From an uncultured Puniceicoccaceae bacterium (lineage in GTDB: Bacteria; Verrucomicrobiota; Verrucomicrobiia; Opitutales; Puniceicoccaceae): a stretch of DNA of 59,884 nt. The stretch spans positions 1-59,884 of the forward strand of contig CAZWFJ010000001.1 in assembly GCA_964633135.1 (NCBI GenBank), written 5' to 3'. The notes under the pieces are model-generated. The model was given only the letters and a program-made list of their open reading frames with translations. It did no database searches and was not told the origin of the DNA. Positions within the stretch are counted from its first letter, which is position 1. Each line of letters begins with the position of its first letter. Below are positions 56,448-59,884 of the stretch, in pieces. The translations under genes were made by a program, and so were the position numbers.

Positions 56448-57681
56448 TGCGCAGGGCCTCCGCTGGTTGAAGTTTGGCTGCCCTCCATGCGGGGATCAGG
56501 CCCGCCAGGGTTGAGACAAAAATCGAAAAGATGGTCACGATGATGAAGTCGGCGGGGATATAATGAACCGGGAGATAAGAGAAGCCGTAGGCGTCGACCA
56601 GAGCCTGCCCACGTCCGGTCGCACGCGCGAAGGCGAAAAGGATTTCCTCCCGAAAATGGAGTGCCAGGAGGGCACCGCCGACCCCGAAGATTGTCCCGAC
56701 GGTGCCGATCAGGAACCCCTGCAAGCAAAAACAGGCTCCGATGCCGAATCGGGATGCACCCATCGCGGAGAGCAATCCGATCTCCCTGGTTTTTCGGATG
56801 ACCGCCATCATAAGGGAAATCGCGATGGAAAAGGAGGCGACGAGCACGATAAAAATCATGATAAAGAAAAGAATTGTTTTCTCCAGGCGCAGGATGAAGA
56901 GGAAATCCTCATTCATATCCATCCAAGTGCGGGCGCGAAATCCCGGGCCGAGCGACTCTTCCACCTCCCGGGCGAACGCTCCCTCATCCACCGAGGGGTC
57001 AAGATTGAGCGTGATCCCGTGTACCCGATCCCCGAGTCCATAGAGTTCCTGCATGGTTCGGAGGGTGACAATGATCGTATTCGCATCGACCTCGTTCCAG
57101 CCCGACTCGAAAATCCCTGCCACCCGCAAGCCAATGGGGAGGATCACCTCGTCGTTCTTCATCCGATCAAGCATCAGCGGCGTGTAAACATCCACCTCGG
57201 CACCGACTCCGACCCCCAGTTGCCGGGCACTGGCAACCCCGGTACTGAGAAAGACGGAGCGATCGTCCAATTCCTCGACCGTGCCCACCTGCAAAAACTC
57301 CTCAACCGGCAGGACCGATGGACCCCGCATGACATCAAGGCCCCACACGAAAGGGAACAATGGCCGATTCCCCGCTTGGAGCATAACCACTCCCTGGGCG
57401 AAGGGAGAAGCCGCAACGACCTCGGGCCGCGCCTCCAGCTCATCCACGATCGTCTCCCAATCCCCGATCAGGCCGTCCCCGAAGATCCGCACATCGCCAT
57501 TGGTCTTCGCAAGGCTGGTGCGGATATCGTGAACAAACCCGTTCATGACGCTCTGTACCACCAGGAGGACCATGACCCCCAGGGCGACTCCGACCACAGA
57601 AATCAGCGCAAAAAACGAGAGCACCTTCCCAGAGGGAAAAATTTGCTTCAGCGCTGCATAGAAATACCACGGCATGAGCAA
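56440..57681 (-). CDS. Lipoprotein-releasing ABC transporter permease (LolC/E)
   Basis: GVALGVMVLLVVQSVMNGF, KTREIG, PAWRAAKL.PAEALR.E. Confidence 0.9.
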   Translation of the reverse strand: MLMPWYFYAALKQIFPSGKVLSFFALISVVGVALGVMVLLVVQSVMNGFVHDIRTSLAKTNGDVRIFGDGLIGDWETIVDELEARPEVVAASPFAQGVVMLQAGNRPLFPFVWGLDVMRGPSVLPVEEFLQVGTVEELDDRSVFLSTGVASARQLGVGVGAEVDVYTPLMLDRMKNDEVILPIGLRVAGIFESGWNEVDANTIIVTLRTMQELYGLGDRVHGITLNLDPSVDEGAFAREVEESLGPGFRARTWMDMNEDFLFILRLEKTILFFIMIFIVLVASFSIAISLMMAVIRKTREIGLLSAMGASRFGIGACFCLQGFLIGTVGTIFGVGGALLALHFREEILFAFARATGRGQALVDAYGFSYLPVHYIPADFIIVTIFSIFVSTLAGLIPAWRAAKLQPAEALRSE

Positions 57682-57805
57682 AACGTAGCTGGGCTTACGC
57701 CCGAAACCAAGTGGGATTTCCGAAAAAAACGGATTTTCCCTACGGCTCTTCGGCGTAAAAAATTTCTGCCAAACGCTTTAAAAAGTGTTGCCAGCCCCCC
57801 TCCGA

Positions 57806-58813
57806 ATGAAAAACGATCTTCTTCCAATGAAGCCTATTTTCCGCACAATTTTGGGTTCCGCCATCGGCCTTTTTTCCTTTGTTAATCTGGCGGCGGATGT
57901 CGTGACCTTGAAAAACGGAGACGTCTTATCCGGCACGGTATTGGAGGACGGCACTACGGCGGTCGTCCTGGAATCCGCCATTCTCGGTCAGATCGAGATT
58001 CCGAAGGCTGAGGTCGAATCGGTAGTCAAAGACTCCGGTGAGACGGCGACCGAGGAAACTGCGGCGGCGGAAGAAACCCCACCGCCTCCTCCTCCCGAGA
58101 AAAGTCTATCCGAGCACTATTGGGAAACCCTCACCCGGGCGATTTTTCCGGAGGACTTCACTGGGGAGATTTTGATTGGGTACGATTACTCCGAATCATC
58201 GGATATCCAAAGCGGGATCAAGCTCGGGTTAAAGGGCGAATACAAGCGGGGAAAACACACGGCGACCGGCGACATTTTCTACGCCTACACCCGCCGCGAG
58301 GATGCCGATGGGACCGTGACCAAGCCCACCGACAAATATGGGCTAAATGCCTCCTATGAATACGACATCCGGGAACCCTTCTTCCTGCGGGGGTCGGAAA
58401 AGTATCTCGTTGACCGGGTCAAGAAGATCAAACATCAGAACGACCTCAACCTCCTCTTGGGGTGGCGGGCCATTGACGAAGAGACACTCTCGCTGGATTT
58501 TGCGGTTGGACCGGGAGTTCGATACCTCGAAACCTCCTCCTCTGCCGGAGAGTGGGATCCCCTTGTGACCTTTTTCCAAAATTCATTCTACCGCCTCAAT
58601 GAATCGGTACGGATCGACGAAGCGATTACCTACTCTGTCGATCCCAGCGACACCGGTTCCTACAGCCTGTTGTTCGAGGTCTCGGCGTCGGTCCGCCTCA
58701 CGGCCTTCGCCGAGCCGAAGATTATCTACCGCAACTCCTACGATTCGACGGTCGGCGAGGGAGGCGTGAAGCGGGAGCAGAGCCTGCTGCTGGCACTGGC
58801 CGTTCCGTTCTGA
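57806..58813 (+). CDS. DUF481-like outer-membrane beta-barrel protein
   Basis: Signal peptide, DVVTLKNGD.LSG, amphipathic strands, C-terminal F. Confidence 0.8.
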   Translation: MKNDLLPMKPIFRTILGSAIGLFSFVNLAADVVTLKNGDVLSGTVLEDGTTAVVLESAILGQIEIPKAEVESVVKDSGETATEETAAAEETPPPPPPEKSLSEHYWETLTRAIFPEDFTGEILIGYDYSESSDIQSGIKLGLKGEYKRGKHTATGDIFYAYTRREDADGTVTKPTDKYGLNASYEYDIREPFFLRGSEKYLVDRVKKIKHQNDLNLLLGWRAIDEETLSLDFAVGPGVRYLETSSSAGEWDPLVTFFQNSFYRLNESVRIDEAITYSVDPSDTGSYSLLFEVSASVRLTAFAEPKIIYRNSYDSTVGEGGVKREQSLLLALAVPF

Positions 58814-58896
58814 GAACTGGACCTGAAACCCCTCCACCGGCGGAGGCCGGTCCCCCTCGCCTGCACGCAGGGGAGGAAGCTCGGGTGGGTGCTCAA

Positions 58897-59553
58897 CTAC
58901 TCGGAGCGACCCGACTCCGGCGAGTTGATGCGGCGGAGCCATTGCGGATAATCCATCGCTGTGGCTTTCTCCAATAGCGAAGCGAAACCGGCCTCGCAAA
59001 ACCGGGCGATGACCGCGTTCTGCAGTTCAGTCCGGTGCGGACCCTCGCTCTCGAAGCAGAGACTCCACGCATGCGAACTTTCCCGGCCCTTTTGGTCATT
59101 CCCGCAGGGGGCGACGAGATCGAGCCGTGCGGCTTCGAGATCACAGCGGGTCTCCCTTCTCTCGTCTCGGCGAGAAACCGGCTCCGCCCGATCCCTCCGC
59201 CAGGTCCACGAGCTGAACCAGCGTTGCTTCTTCACGGGAATCCAGTCGTCCGCGTGTTTATCTCCGTCGCTCGATTGCAGCTCCAGGCTCGATTTCCGCC
59301 ATAAGCCGTAAGAAGATGCGCAGGCCGGCTTTCCGGGCATGCGGTGAAGGAGCCATTTGTGTTCGATGCGTCCTTCCCTGATCTTAACCCCGATGTTTTG
59401 GCAGTGGGGGAGTCGCAAATACCAATCGGTGCGGGGCGTTTCCGTATTCGGCTCCCGCCCGGAGACCTTGCGAAAAATCGCGAACATCTCCGCAGTATCC
59501 ATCTCGGGAAGGAACCAGCGAATTTCCAGTGTTTCGGAGACCATGATTCTCAT
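58897..59553 (-). CDS. Hypothetical protein, CYTH-like
   Basis: LEIRWF, RTDWYL, VKIREG, VKKQR pattern. Confidence 0.6.
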   Translation of the reverse strand: MRIMVSETLEIRWFLPEMDTAEMFAIFRKVSGREPNTETPRTDWYLRLPHCQNIGVKIREGRIEHKWLLHRMPGKPACASSYGLWRKSSLELQSSDGDKHADDWIPVKKQRWFSSWTWRRDRAEPVSRRDERRETRCDLEAARLDLVAPCGNDQKGRESSHAWSLCFESEGPHRTELQNAVIARFCEAGFASLLEKATAMDYPQWLRRINSPESGRSE

Positions 59554-59643
59554 ATTCTCTGACTATTCCGGCCCTCCGGGCAAGCCCGTTGGAAGAGAAA
59601 CTCGCACTGCGCCTTGATTCGATTGATGCATCCTGCATGATTC

Positions 59644-59844
59644 TTGCCGGAAGACGAAAAGGGCAAGGCTCTGGTCAAGGAACTGATCGATAAACTGGAG
59701 TCGGTCATCGTTCCCTTCTTTTACGAAGACAAGGCCATGTGGGCGGCGATCATGGAAAATTGCATCGGCCTCAACCGTTCTTTTTTCCAGAGCAACCGGA
59801 TGTTGCAACAATACGTGCTCAATTCCTACCTTCAGAGATCCTGA
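59644..59844 (+). pseudogene. C-terminal fragment of alpha-glucan phosphorylase
   Basis: DKLESVIVPFFY...IMENCIGLNRSFFQSNRMLQQYVLNSY resembles the GlgP C-terminus; no upstream body. Confidence 0.7.
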
Positions 59845-59884
59845 CTCCTGGTAATCAAGAAAGCGTGATTTATTGTCCGAGATG

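Overview
GC-rich bacterial chromosome segment, probably Verrucomicrobiota (Opitutales/Puniceicoccaceae-like; inferred from gene style, not proven). It has two halves. About 1-35,100 is an accessory, heavily rearranged region. It holds a REP/BIME-like palindrome cluster, an AAA-DUF4143 ATPase, a peroxiredoxin and an intact CusCBA-type Cu/Ag efflux operon. It also holds two copies of an ArsR-rhodanese / nucleoside-phosphorylase / methyltransferase / DsrE operon (one with an extra acetolactate-synthase-like gene), five intact type II toxin-antitoxin pairs plus toxin stubs, two copies of a 130-bp MITE, a sigma54 two-component system, and more than ten 'hollowed-out' pseudogenes. About 35,200-59,884 is mostly core genome: purF, recN, a solitary AIPR gene, a TPP-riboswitch-controlled TonB receptor, recF, rplM-rpsI, yebC, tRNA-Ala(CGC) and lolCE/lolD. 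This half also has a 3x ~270-bp tandem repeat and a GxxExxY remnant between perfect 30-bp inverted repeats. The most unusual signal is non-coding. Fixed-length (24-nt, and about 30-nt) hairpin modules with covarying stems sit precisely in the loops of REP-type hairpins, in some cases nested inside each other. This suggests an undescribed hairpin-targeting mobility mechanism. All protein assignments come from motif recognition by eye; no searches were run.
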